From Chiloscyllium plagiosum (lineage: Eukaryota), in contig NC_057718.1 of assembly GCF_004010195.1 (NCBI RefSeq), positions 76,954,079-77,018,078 on the forward strand: a DNA stretch of 64,000 bases. The letters are read 5' to 3'. Positions 1 through 11,914 of the stretch are shown here, in pieces; within the stretch, counting starts at the first letter, position 1, and each line of letters begins with the position of its first letter. Made by a program: the position numbers and the translations under genes. Under the pieces are notes generated by a model. It was not told where the DNA came from. It ran no database searches and saw only the letters and a list, made by a program, of their open reading frames with translations.

Positions 1-669
1 TAGATCATTCAGTTGGTTAATGGGTTCTTCTACATTGTGTCCCCCGTAGTCAAAATTCTGTTCCAATAAAGAGACCTGAACTAGACAGGGGGTGTCGGCT
101 AAAAGCCACGCTTACATACCACCCTCCTTCCCCATGTCTTTGCAATTTTCATCCTTCCTGCCTTCACTCATCCTCAGGCTGGGTGCTTTGATGATCCTGG
201 ACATCTGGTAATTTCACTGCTACCAGCTGCCAGCTGCCATCTAACGTTGTCCGCACACAGACTTGCCCACCTCTGACCCCCTGGCAGCTCTTGACACACA
301 GGACTTCTTTAACTGAGAGTCTCAGTCACAAAGACGGCCTGACATAGGCCAACTAGGTGCCTGAAGGGTGCTTGATTCCATCTATGACCTCCCCTTGGAA
401 CTGAAAAGGTCATGCTTCCAGTTCTTCAGATGATGGGCTCCTGTATACTTGATGAAATTCTCAGCCATGAACACAAATCATTGTGGTCGATTTCCTCTCG
501 GGGTGGAAAAGTGTTGTTTCCAGGTCATGACCCCAACCCAGGATCAAAGCAGTCACAAGTCCTGATGCTCACAGAGATGCCCTGTAAATTGGCTGAATGG
601 GAAGTTGAACAGCCACTAATGTGCTGCAGAAGCAGGAATGCAGATGGATCTGAGCAAATGCAGACTTAG

Positions 670-1199
670 TTTAAAATGATCAGAGCAGCCATTACTGTTG
701 CTGCCACTTTACTCATTAAATTGCAATAATAGATATGGAACAGGTAAGGCAGAGGGCTGGGGAAGAGCTATCCCTTACAACATCATTGCATATCCAGAAG
801 TCTTCTTTGAAGTACTGAGTAAGAGGAGGTGGGTCCTCATTCCAATGTCCGTCCTCCCAAACTAAGCCGGTGTAGGTTGGAGGTATAAGTAGCTGGGAAC
901 ATGAGCAGACAGTGTATGATTGGGAGGAACTGAATGCAGAGTTGAAGAGGGTTAATTTACCTCTTCACCCTGACAAGGTGAGTGCATTGGCAGGCTTTCA
1001 TTGCAGGTCTCTGGGTATTCAATCTCCACAAACTCTCCAGCTGAGAAGCCTGAAGGTGTATCTGCTCCTGGACATGGATAATTGTGCCTTGGGTATTTCC
1101 TGAACCTTTAACAAGGCTTAAAGCGATTGTGCTGTTGAGGACTGCCAGCACTGATACCTCCAGATCCATGTCTCAATGGATCCATAGTCATAGAGACCT
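670..1199 (+). mobile_element. Highly decayed PIF/Harbinger-like DNA transposon remnant (Myb/SANT-like region)
   Basis: Degenerate YDWEELNAELKRVN segment ending at a donor gacaag|gtgagt (~978); a matching acceptor-like tract lies beyond the PLE insert (~1946). Resemblance only. Confidence 0.25.
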
Positions 1200-1897
1200 C
1201 ACCCCACACCGCCATCCAAGGCCCCAAAGGATCCCTCCACATCTGGCAAAGAAAACCTCATCTACTGTGTCCATTGCTCTCAATGTAGTCTCCTCTACCT
1301 TGGGAAGGCAGGACACCAACTTGCTAAACGTTTCAGAGAACATATCCAGGACACATCCACTAAACAATCCACCACTCTGTGACTGACCACTTCAACTCCC
1401 CCTCCCATTCCGCCAACGACATGCAAGTCCTGGGTCTCTTTCACTGCCAAATCCTCGCCACCCAACGACAGGAGGAAGAACATTTCATCTTCCACCTTGG
1501 GACCATCCAACCACATAGAATCAATGTCGATTTCACAGTTTCCTCATCTCACTTTCCCCCAGCTTATCCCAGATCTAACCCTCCAAATCGGCATCGCCTT
1601 CTTGAACTGTCCTACTTGTCCATCTTCGTTCCCACCTATCCACTCCACCTTCCTCTGACTTAACACCATCACCACCCAGTTTCGAATACTTATTGCATTC
1701 CTAGCTACTTTCCCTCAGCCCCACCCTGATCCATTCCTCTCTCAGCCCCCCCATAGCCACCTATCCCACATTCCTGATGAAGAGCTTATGCTTGAAACAT
1801 CGAATCTCCTGTGCCTTGGATGTTGCCTGACCGGTTGCACTTTTCCAGCACCACATTTTGACTCTGATAACCTGCATCGGCTGCCCTCACTTTCTCC
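1200..1897 (+). mobile_element. 5'-truncated Penelope-like element (family A): GIY-YIG endonuclease remnant plus 3' repeat
   Basis: Frames give HFNSPSHSANDMQVLGL...EEEHFIFHLGTIQPHRINVDF, the GIY-YIG C-terminus of PLEs. 3' repeat has a hammerhead core at 1774. Degenerate TSD catagagacct/catacagactt. Confidence 0.85.
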
Positions 1898-3802
1898 CAT
1901 ACAGACTTAGCGCTGCCTCTTTTGTCTTTCTCATTTGCCTCTACAGGAAATAAAGACACGCAATGTGGTGAACAATGTTTGTGGTATTTTGTGCTAAAAT
2001 AGATATCATTGTATCATTGAAGTACAGAGGGAGACAATTCGGCCTATTCATTTCATGGCAGCTGTCTATTCTGCCTGTTAGTCCTATTCCCCACATCCCT
2101 ACAAGTTGATCTTTTCAATTTTTTCAGAGTCTGTAAGCCACTTGCCTGCTCAATGTGACAGATCATCAGTGAAAAATCTTCAGCTGCTATTTTATTAAAA
2201 ATATTATTCTTACAACTTTAGTTTGTACATAAATTACATGCTTTTGTCCAAGCATTAATTATTTTGTTTTTATTGAATGCTAAAGAAGGCGGAGAGGCTT
2301 CACAACTTTGTTCAGAACTACATATGAGAAAACTGTGACCATGGACAGTAATGTGATCAGTAAGTGCATGTCGTAATGTTTCAGAGCATAGCCAACTGCA
2401 ATTCCAGTACATTGCTGTTAATGTTGTTTTCTGTGCAATTTTCAGAGGTCTTTCCTTTTCAGAGGTAGAAATTAGGAAGTAATTTCGCCACAAGAAAATA
2501 AACTATTTTTAGTTCCCTTATTGTTAGTGCTCCTAGATTCCAGTTCATCAGCTCACCAGTAGTGCTGATTTCCCTTTTCAATGTTAGAGATCTAGAATTT
2601 ACTAAGTTATAAAAGAGCCATATGACCAAAAATATTTACAAATATGTAAATATATATGTGTACGTATAATGAATTTTTTTTTACTAATGTTGCAGCAAAT
2701 AAAAGGGTTGAAGTAGACAAAGCCAATAACAGTATACTGTAAACCCATTAACTGCTTGGGTAAAATATGGAAAAGATCACTAATTAATAGACAAAGTCTG
2801 GCTGCAGGGTGGAAGTAGAAACTAGCTGAGCAGAACTGTGAGCAATGTTAGCTGTCAACATCCTTCCTCCTCTGAATCACAAGTAAACACAAGACACTGA
2901 GGTTGGAATTTACAGAACAGACTTTTTTGTTTCCTAATATGAGTGACTGGCTCAATTTGACGCAGACAGTGGCATCTTCCCAGCCCTTGAATGATGTGGG
3001 CATCGGTGAGAAAGCTGACAACATAGGGTGAGATCAGCAATGACGAGATTTTTAATGTTGAGAGAAAGTAGTCTGATTCTCCAATCAAGTGTTGAATGGT
3101 AAGATGAAAATCTTGCTAGTGAGCAGTGAGAGACCTGGTTGTACTCTTTTGCATGGATTAATATGTCATTATTGTTTTATCTTGCTTCAGTAATATGCAG
3201 TTTCCCAATCTCCATCAACTGGATAGAAACTGGATAGCGACAATTCCCAGCATGAAAATGATGGGTAGCTGGTCACTTCAGCTCGTTATTTACTCCAACA
3301 GGATCCCATGTTGGACAGCAGTCACCAATATCTCAGGACACACTCCTTGGGCAGCAATTGTCTATAGACATTGACATAGGAAAGGCACCAGCCTCTCCAC
3401 ACCTCATCTCCAATCCACTTACAATGCATATTCTGTAATTCAGCATGGGGAGTTTGGAGACAACCAGCATCTTTCATTGCAGTGTCATTGGTAGGACAAT
3501 TTGTAGAGTGACCAATCTCATGGATTGGATTAGACTATATCGTAGGGCTCCCCACTTTGCACCGACTTTTATGCTCACACCATCTCTGCCTTGCCCTGCC
3601 AATTTGCATTTCTCCCACTCAGTCAGAGCTTAAAGATTCACAGACCTTCTGATTTGAATTGCCTTTTATTGCAGACACAAGCTAGGTAGCTTGAAATAGT
3701 TTTCAGCAACGTTTAGTCAAGAGAGTGGACAGGCTGCTGTAAGGCACTGTGTTAGGTCAATCTCTACTTGGTCAAGTCCCAGCAGTTTTGTGGAAAATTC
3801 AC

Positions 3803-4640
3803 TGGGTTGAATCTTTGTTTTTTTTTGGCTAAGGCTAAGTTATATCATTATTTCAGGAAGGTTTGTTGCTGCAGGGACTAGCAGGTTTTACCAGCAAATA
3901 TAACCAAGCCTGCCCACTTAATAACTTCCTCAGCTTCTGTGGTGTTTCTCATGCTCTATTCCCAGTCATCTTACCATGCATAATTCCTGGAACAGCTCAT
4001 AACTTTGAATTCTTCAGTATCCTTGTATCTTTTTAAAATGTCTGTTGTGCACCCAGACAAGAACTGTCAGTTCCCTGTACAATTCTTTATAATTGCACAG
4101 ACATGCCAAAGAGGGTCAAATTGGCAATCTGCTTTATGGACAGCATCCTGCTGAAAATAGTGGTACCAATGTGGAACTTCATCCACCCCCAAGGTCCCAT
4201 TACCATACCATACCAGTCTGCAGTCTGAGGTTATCTCACTTGAGGTAACACAGTCTCAGCTGTCTGGTGGAATATTCAACATGGTAGGAAGAAGGTCAAT
4301 GCCCTTGTTCAATCTCCCAAGTGCCACTATCTTCTCTCCCACTCACTCTATGTCTGCTACAGTACGTACCTCCTACAGAGGTGCATGCTCTGCTACTCAC
4401 ACTATTGCTCTCACCTTCACTGACTGTCAGTAACTGCAACACCAGACACCACTAACTCTGCATGCCCTCTGTGCTGCCTACTCACTTGCTCCAGACACCT
4501 TTCATCTGCACCAGCTGTGAGAGCTGTATCACCCACTTTCACCTTCTGTAATATGTGCCTTTCTTATTCTATGAGGAATACTGCCCTTAATAGGACAGAA
4601 AGTGTCAAGTTGACACAGTTAGACTCAATGAGTCCATTGC
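3803..4640 (+). mobile_element. Decayed Harbinger-like element remnant
   Basis: GGGTTGAATCTT TIR-like start; degenerate Myb/SANT-like text around 4230-4320 (gaagaaggtcaatgccctt, resembling KKVN.L). Confidence 0.25.
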
Positions 4641-4994
4641 AGGCTTAGTAACAATGTCAAGAAAAGTGTAAGTGGATGAAGCTGTAAAAGATTTTATAAA
4701 AGGTGTTTTTCTGTTGAAATTCTCTCAGTGTCATATCATTTTACTTCAAAGGTGCCCTGGTCCATAGTATAGTTTCATCTTTTATTTCATTCAGTGCCTT
4801 AAAAGAAAACCTTTGTCTTCCTTTCAAGCATCAATGTTACAAGAATCAATAATAAATACCAACAGTGTTTCTTCCCATCCCTTCATCTGACCTTATCCCT
4901 TCGTCCAATCTGGGCCCTAGCCATCTTTTACTGACATTTCCTATTCCAAAATGATCAAAGTTAGCTAAGACTTCAGCTTTAGCCCTTATGGTTT

Positions 4995-5875
4995 TTTTCT
5001 TTCATTCTTGTGATGTGAATATCACTGGATCAGCCACCATTTGTTGCTCACCCAGAATGTAGTGGGCTGTCGTTTTGAACCACTGAAGTCATAGAGTCAT
5101 AGAGATGTACAGCATGGAAACAGACCCTTCTGTCCAACCCGTTCATGCCGACCTTGGGGTATATGAACATGTGCAGTACAATTAGGAGGGAATTCTGGAT
5201 TTTGACCCAGCAACAGTGAAGTAACAGTGAGATATTTGCAAGTCAGGATGCTGGGTGGTTTGGAGGGGGAGCTTGCAGAAAATGGTGTTTCCATGTGTCT
5301 GCAGCACGTTTTCTTCTAAATGGTAATAGCCACGCATTTAGAAGGTGCTGTCAAAGAAAATTTGGTGAGCTGCTGTAGTGGATTTTGTAGGTATACACAC
5401 TGCTGCTTCTGTGCATCAGTGGTAGATGGATTGACTATTGAAGCTGGTAGATGGATTGTCAATCAAGTGGGTGGCTTTGTCTGGGATGGAATCTTGTATA
5501 TTGTAGGAATTGCACTCGTCCAGGTAAATGGAGACTACACTCCTGCAGATGGTGGGCAGGCATTGGGGAGACAGCAGATGAGTTCTTCACTGCAGAATTC
5601 CCAGCCTCTGATCTGTCTTTGTCATCACAATATTTATATTCCCAGCCTCTGACCTGATCTTGTAGTCATGATATTTATACGGCTAGTTGAGTTCAGTTTT
5701 TGGTCAAAGTTAACTTCTAGAATGTTGATAGTGAGGGATTTAATAAAGGGGTGATGATCTCGCTCTTGATGAAGATGGTCATTTCCTGACATTTGTATGG
5801 CATCAGTGTTACTTGCAACTTGGTCATGCTGCATGTGTGGGCACGGGCCACTTCAGTAACTGAGAAGTGATGATG
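4995..5875 (-). mobile_element. LINE 3' fragment (CR1/L2-like second family) with a short CR1 3' piece at ~5088-5152
   Basis: Same 3' sequence recurs at 21230-21590, 39815-40100 and 58455-58670; minus frames give an RT C-terminal-like ILEVNFDQKLNSTSRIN. Confidence 0.65.
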
Positions 5876-6524
5876 TTCCCAACCTCAATAAATTTGAGCA
5901 CAATTCAATGTTGAGCTCATCTTTGTCATTTTCATGTCAATATCTTCGGTCAGGATTCTTCTCTTTCCCCCTACATTATTCTCCTCACACTGGTTCTGTC
6001 CTTATATTATCTGGAATCCCATTTCACCCAAACCCTTACCTCTGGCCTTTTACCATCACTTTTTCTTTTTGTACAGAACTGCTGACATGACATCAGACCT
6101 CTCCAATTCTATATTCCCCTTTTTCATGCTAATCTACCCCTGAGATGAACACTACCTTCATGCCTGTGATGGTGACCATTTCCTCCGCCAATTTAAGCCT
6201 GCCCATATTAATCTATTCTTTATTCTATGCATTATTCTATTCTGATCCAGTATCATTCTGTCATTTCTCTCTGCCTTTTAGGCAAAATCCACCCTTAGTA
6301 AGATCTCATCAATGACACCTAATCCTGCTTACTCATGATTTTCTCCAAGCATTTTTGAACAATGAACAGCTGTTTATTCCAGTGCTTTTAATATTTTGAT
6401 GAAATAAATATTTCAGAACTCCTCTCCAACAATCAACTTTTGAATATTACTAGTACAAGTTCCCACCCAACTTAATCATTCTCAACCTATCTGCTTTTAA
6501 TGCACCAAATGAAAACATCTTAGA

Positions 6525-6689
6525 AACATGAAAACCCAGAAGTTAGAAAACTTATAGCACAGAACAAAGACTCCATCATATCTCTCATCCAAAAAGATTT
6601 TGTCTGATCTCACCCCAATTTCAAGCCTTTGCTCTGTAGTTTTTCAGGTTGTAGCACCTCAAGTGCATGTCCAAGTACTTATTAAATAT
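6525..6689 (-). mobile_element. Old CR1 LINE 3' end, continuing at 7490-7698 and 10667-10780
   Basis: CR1 3' UTR-like sequence reads continuously once the intervening inserts are removed. Confidence 0.55.
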
Positions 6690-7489
6690 TCTTATAATCC
6701 CAACTGACAATAATACCAGATAAGTCAAATTCCAGAGTGAGATCTGACTCTATAGACCATAAGTTTTGTTTTTTTCAATTTGATTATTGTGATGGTCAGT
6801 TACCAGACATCTCCGTACAAGGTTGCCTTTGTACTTTTATGAAATAACATAAGTTTATTACAAACACAAAAATGCTTTATATATGACAACTTGGAAAGAC
6901 CTTATCAGAGACGGAAATATTCAATCCCTTTACAGACATGTTGCTGAAGTGAAGTATCTTTATAAATTTCTTGCTCAACTGATGCAGCCATCCCTTTTGG
7001 TGACTTTCTATATATTCATCAATACAATTGTCTCTCTCTCTCTCTCTCTCTCTCCTAGACAGACTGACTCACTGAACTCCAAAGCTCAGAGCTTCTTCCA
7101 GCCATTTGCATTTAGACTGCAAAAACAGCTTAAAATTTCTTTCAGCTCTGGTGGCCTACCAAACCTAAGTTGTCTTTCTGTCAGTATATAACCTTTTTTC
7201 TTCTTCTGAACAGAACCTACTTGTGGCCCTTGACCTTTTTTTTTGCAAGTTGTAAGAAAAACTCAAATTTGTAAACTCTTCAGCAATTATCTTCCAGGTA
7301 GCTTATCTGGTAATTTATCTTCATTCATATGCTTTCTTTGGAATGCTGGTTTCAACTTGTTGCTCAAAATTACTTTCTGACTTTTAAAAAAAAAGCTTCC
7401 TTTACAGAACTTAAACCAAAAATCCATTTACTTCTTCTTTACAATCCAAGTTCCCAAACAATAATAACATACTATAGACTTCTGTTACA
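6690..7489 (-). mobile_element. Probable solo LTR (~800 bp) inserted in CR1
   Basis: Ends tcttataa...tgttaca (decayed TG...CA); flanks atat/atac suggest a degenerate 4-bp TSD; TTTATT (minus-strand polyA signal) near 6854; interrupts a collinear CR1. Confidence 0.5.
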
Positions 7490-7698
7490 ATACAATGAGG
7501 GATTCTGTCTATGTCACCCTTTCAGGTGGTAAACTTTAGATTTCCACCAGCCTCTGTATAATTTGTTTTCTCAGCTTACTGTTAATCTTTCTGCCAGTTA
7601 TTTTAAATCAATGGTTCCTGGCTTTTGGTCTTAGCCAATGAACAAAGTCCTCCTTATCCATTCTATCTCTATCCTTTCAGTTTTACACAAGTAAATCA

Positions 7699-7834
7699 AA
7701 GTTAAAAATTATACAACAGCATCTTATAGTCCAGCAAGTTTATTTGGAAGCACTAGCTTTTGAAGTGCTGTTCCTTCATCAGGTGATTGTGGAGTATAAG
7801 AAGTACTGTGTCCTATGATTTTATACTCCACAAC
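7699..7834 (-). mobile_element. Penelope-like family B fold-back, left part (right part at 10577-10654)
   Basis: Antisense 3' repeat with a decayed hammerhead core, then the fold-back centre. 12-bp TSD acaagtaaatca at 7687-7698 and 10655-10666. Confidence 0.8.
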
Positions 7835-8128
7835 GGTTGGCAGTTATCAGATACTAGTGTCTGTGGATGATGGCTGTGTGGGCCAGTGCGCATGAGTCAT
7901 GCCTGAGATGGTGTTGAGGAGAAAGTGAGGTCTGCAGATGCTGGAGATCAGAGCTGAAAATGTGTTGCTGGAACAGCGCAGCAGGTCAGGCAGCATCCAG
8001 GGAACAGGAGAATCGACGTTTCGGGCATAAGTCCTTCTTCAGGAATGAGGAAAGTGTGTCCAGCAGGCTAAGATAAAAGGTAGGGAGGAAGGACTTGAGG
8101 GAGGGGCGTTGGAAATGCGATAGGTTTC

Positions 8129-8389
8129 GGAGGCTGATGGAAGATTCTGGAACAGTTGAGGAATCTGGAGTGTGGGGGTAAGTACATGAAGGTTTTTAGT
8201 ACTTACTGTCTTTAATTTCCGATATGGCTAGGAAGAACTGTTTGTTTGGAGGCCGATGGAAGATTCTGGAACAGTTGAGGAATCCGGAGTGTGGGGGTAA
8301 GTACATGAAAGTTTTTAGTACTTACTGTCTTTAATTTCTGATATGGCTAGGAAGAACTGTTTGTTTCGGAGGCCGATGGAAGATTCTGG
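8129..8389. repeat. Tandem repeat, 119-120 bp unit, ~2.2 copies
   Basis: Unit starting ggaggc(c/t)gatggaagattctgg at 8129, 8248 and 8368. Confidence 0.95.
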
Positions 8390-8470
8390 AAACCTATCGC
8401 ATTTCCAACACCCCTCCCCCAAGTCTCTCCTCCCTACCTTTTATCTTAGCCTGCTGGACACACTTTCCTC

Positions 8471-8506
8471 ATTCCTGAAGAAGGGCTTATGCCCGAAACG
8501 TCGATT
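8471..8506 (+). ncRNA. Minimal type I hammerhead ribozyme motif (PLE family A)
   Basis: CTGAAGA(8475-8481)-A-GGGC ttat GCCC-GAAA-CG-TC; intact core. Confidence 0.8.
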
Positions 8507-9377
8507 CTCCTGTTCCCTGGATGCTGCCTGGCCTGCTGCGCTGTTCCAGCAACACATTTTCAGCTGAGATGGTGTTGGGTGAACAGAAACGTGGGGACTC
8601 TTCACAGCCAATGATGAATTCAAGTCACCAGGTACCTGCTTCAATTTCCATGTCAGTTTCTCATTTGTTCATGGCGGGTGGTAGGATAGGAAGCTGCATG
8701 TTATTGAGACAAGATGGTGATGTTAACATGGTCACTAACAAACAGTAATTCTCCATAATAGGCATCTTGCTCGTCCCTAGCAAGAATCTTACCTTGATGA
8801 GAATGTAGTGAGTTGCTCCCAATGTTGAGATAAACCATGCTGGATACCTTGTGCAATTCTGCTACATGTCTCGCCATCGCCCACATCATTCAGGCCTATG
8901 TAAGTTTCCGCGGCACAGGAACCAGCCGTTCCTCTGAAATCTTTGCTGGACTCAAGCTTTGACTTTACTTTCTCAAATGCATCTATTCAGATTGCATTTT
9001 ATCTGACCATTGTAACCACTCTGATGGTTCTTGAAGACTCATCCTCACACATGCTTCTCGTAATCAGACCATAATGCATTTGGACATGTGGATCTCCTTC
9101 TCTAGATGCTACTACTTCCATTTTTGCGCAATTTTTTCATTTATACTACAGTACAGTAGTTTGACCGCATAGAAAATATTATGATCTGTAGCTTGAATTC
9201 AGCTTCATATTTCATGCGTTTTGCTAGAGGACCCATTTCTCTTCTTGGCTAGCCATGAGCAGCCCGTGTGCCGTAAGCTCCTGCGTATCATTTATTTATC
9301 TGACCCATATCATCCATAATCTCATCCTAAGTGGAGGAAATGACCTAGTGGTATTATCACTAAACTATTAATCTAGA

Positions 9378-9478
9378 AAGCTGAAAATGTGTTGCTGGAA
9401 AAGCACAGCAGCATCCAAGGAGCAGGAGAATTGACGTTTCGGGCATGAGCCCTTCTTCAGGAATGAGGAAAGTGTGAA
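9378..9478 (-). mobile_element. PLE family A 3' repeat fragment with intact hammerhead core (9433-9460)
   Basis: Reverse complement reads CTGAAGA-A-GGGC tcat GCCC-GAAA-CGTC. Confidence 0.85.
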
Positions 9479-9544
9479 CCACTGATATATCAGCCAGAAG
9501 CTTGAGTAATTGAGTATACTATAGTATGAAAACAAATAAAGGCG

Positions 9545-9645
9545 GAAACAGAAACAGAAGTTGCTGGAAGAGCTCAGCAGGTCCAACGGCATCTGTGGAG
9601 AGAGATCAGAATTGACATTTCGGGTCCAGTGACCCTTCCTCACAT
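9545..9645 (-). mobile_element. PLE family C 3' repeat fragment
   Basis: Reverse complement reads tgaggaa-GGGTC actg GACCC-GAAA-tgtc; related to 25168-25265 and 62063-62160. Confidence 0.7.
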
Positions 9646-9905
9646 TGGAGTTTTTGAAGACTCATTCTGATACGTGATTCTCATAAACAGACCGTTATTA
9701 ACATGATGCATTTGGACAATTATATTAATTGTGAGCCTCTTACATTTGCGCCAAATCTGCACTTGCCATTGTGTTACTGGTGCTCCCTTTTGAGGTCAAT
9801 TGGCTTCCTGACAGTTAAGAGTATGTGTGAATGAATACTGATTGAAGTTGAATGTCTGGTGTCTGTATAGGTTCCAAGATGTCTGGGGTTTTGTAGCCCA
9901 AGGGA

Positions 9906-9934
9906 TGTGTGTGTGTGTGTGTGTGTGTGTGTGT
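9906..9934. repeat. (GT)n microsatellite
   Basis: Direct reading. Confidence 0.95.
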
Positions 9935-10293
9935 CTAATGATCAGATGGCCAACTTGTCATCCAATTATGGACAGAGGGTAGGATCTCGAAGCTGACGTG
10001 CCAAGCTTGAAAACAGTAAGAGTAAGTTATGGCAAAAAAGTGAGGGAGAGGGTGCTTCCATTTGGGAGCATGTTCTCCAACATTTCCAAAGTTGAAGTAA
10101 AAATAGATTAAGCACCCTGGCCACTATTCTGAATGGGATGTCCTGCCAGATGGGGGCTTGGTTGCTGCTTTATCTAGGTGTGTTGGGAATGGTGAGGGAG
10201 CTGTAAACCTGGCAGAGACTGCCTCCAGCTAAAACCACCTTACAGGTGCCAATTTCTAACAGTTACTTTAAGTGGGCATTGAGAGGTTCTATT

Positions 10294-10576
10294 ATGGGCA
10301 GCACGGTGGCACAGTGGTTAGCACTGTTGCCTCACAGCGCCAGAGACCCAGGTTCAATTGAGTTTGCACATTCTCCCCTTGTCTGCGTGGATTTCCTCCA
10401 GGTGCTCCAGTTTCCTCCCACAGTGGAGGTTAGGTGAATTGACCATGCTAAATTGCCTGTAGTGTTAGGTGTAGGGGGATGGGTCTGGGTGGGTTGGTCT
10501 TCGGTGGGTCGGTGTGGACTTGTTGGGCCGAAGGGCCTGTTTCCACACTGTAAGTAATCTAATCTAATCTAATCTA
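10294..10576 (+). mobile_element. HE1-like tRNA-derived SINE (internally deleted)
   Basis: A box tggcacagtgg, B box ggttcaatt, CR1-like 3' end and (AATCT)n tail. Confidence 0.9.
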
Positions 10577-10654
10577 AACCACCTGATGAAGAAGCAGCGC
10601 TCCGAAAGCTTGTGCTTCCAAATAAACTTGTTGGACTGGCACCTCCAAATCATG
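10577..10654 (+). mobile_element. PLE family B fold-back, right part, with hammerhead core
   Basis: CAC-CTGATGA(10583-10589)-A-GAAGC agc GCTCC-GAAA-GC-TT-GTG, followed by the TSD copy. Confidence 0.8.
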
Positions 10655-11067
10655 ACAAGTAAATCAGCCTTCCATCTCCCTGATACAAATAAAACATCCC
10701 CAGTCTATCCAAAGTTTACACAAAATTAAAATTCTGCTTTCTAGCTAATATTCTGATAAACCTTCTTGTATGCTCTCCAATGAAATCATGGCATAGAGTC
10801 ATTGAGTCATGTATGGAGAGAGATCTTCACCAATTATGTTCCCAATCTAAACTAGTCCAACTTAGCTGCATTTGGCCCTGCATCCACCACTTCCTCTGGC
10901 AGTTCATTCCACACATAAACCACTCCCTGTGCAAAAAGATTGCCCCTCAAATACTTTTTAAAACTTTCTCATCTCACCTTAAAATACACTCCCTAGATTT
11001 GAACTCTCCCACCCAGGGGAAAAAAATCATTGCTATTCACCTTATCTATGTCCTTCATATTTTCTTT

Positions 11068-11402
11068 CTTTATTCATTCATGGGATGAGGGCGTCACTAG
11101 CTGGGCAGCATTCATTGCCCATCCCTAATTGCCCAGAGTGCCGTTAAAAGTCAACCACATTGCTGTGGGTCTGATATCATGTGAGGGCCAGATCAGGTAA
11201 GGATGGCAGTTTCCTTCCCTAAAGGATATTAGTGACCTAGATGGGGTTTTCCAACAATCAACAATGGATTCATGGTAATCATTAGATTCTTTATTCCAGA
11301 TATTGTTGAATCAAATTCCATCCTCTACCATGGAGAGATTTGAACCTGGTTCCACAGGGTCTCTGGATTAACAGTCCAGCAATGATACTACTAGGGCATT
11401 GC
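11068..11402 (-). mobile_element. tRNA-headed SINE, probably DeuSINE/SacSINE1-like
   Basis: Reverse complement has a tRNA-like head (tagtagtatcattgctggactgttaatccag...ggttcaaatc), a central ctaatatcctttagggaaggaaactgcc block, and a 3' tail shared with the second LINE family. Confidence 0.6.
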
Positions 11403-11601
11403 TTTATAAACTTCTAGAAGGTCACCCCTCAACCTCCTATGCTCCAGTGAGAAAAGTCCGAGCCTATCCAGCCTATTTTTATAACTCAAACCCTCCAGTA
11501 CTGTTAACATGCTAGTAAATCTTTTCTGAACCCTCTCCAATTAAATAATATCTTTCATATAGCAGGACAACCAGAACTGCAAACATTACTCACGAAGAGT
11601 A

Positions 11602-11914
11602 ATGGGCGGCATGGTGGCACAGTGGTTAGCACTGCTGCCTCACAGCGCCAGAGTCCCGGGTTCAATTCCCGCCTCAGGCAACTGTCTGTGTGGAGTTTGC
11701 ACATTCTCCCCGTGTCTGTATAGGTTTCCTCCGGTTTCCTCCCACATTTTTAAAAATGTGCAGTTTAGGTCCATTGGCCCTGCTAAATTGCTCATGGTGT
11801 TAGGTGAAGGGGTAAAAGGTAGGGGAATGGGTCTGGGTGGGTTGCTCTTTGGAGGGTCGGTGTGGACTTGTTGGGCCGAAGGGCCTGTTTCCACACTGTA
11901 AGTAATCTAATCTA
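11602..11914 (+). mobile_element. HE1-like SINE, full length
   Basis: A and B boxes, conserved body, (AATCT)n tail. Confidence 0.92.

Larger units (their letters stand above)
7917..8565. mobile_element. Penelope-like family A fold-back insertion with an internal 120-bp tandem repeat
   Basis: Inverted arms ~7952-8128 and ~8389-8565; ~36-nt tail on the left arm only; TSD ctgagatggtgttg at 7903-7916 and 8564-8577. Confidence 0.9.

Noticed and set aside
1920..2000. Strong splice acceptor at 1946 as a host exon
   Set aside because: All frames close quickly, no convincing donor, and the context resembles a decayed transposon intron.
2218..2493. 91-aa ORF in unique-looking DNA
   Set aside because: No recognisable domain or splice context; a conserved non-coding role cannot be judged without alignments.
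8129..8389. CRISPR-like repeat array
   Set aside because: Whole units repeat with no unique spacers; eukaryotic context and no cas genes.
11602..11680. tRNA gene
   Set aside because: It is the tRNA-derived head of a SINE, continuing into SINE body and tail; the same applies to the other copies.
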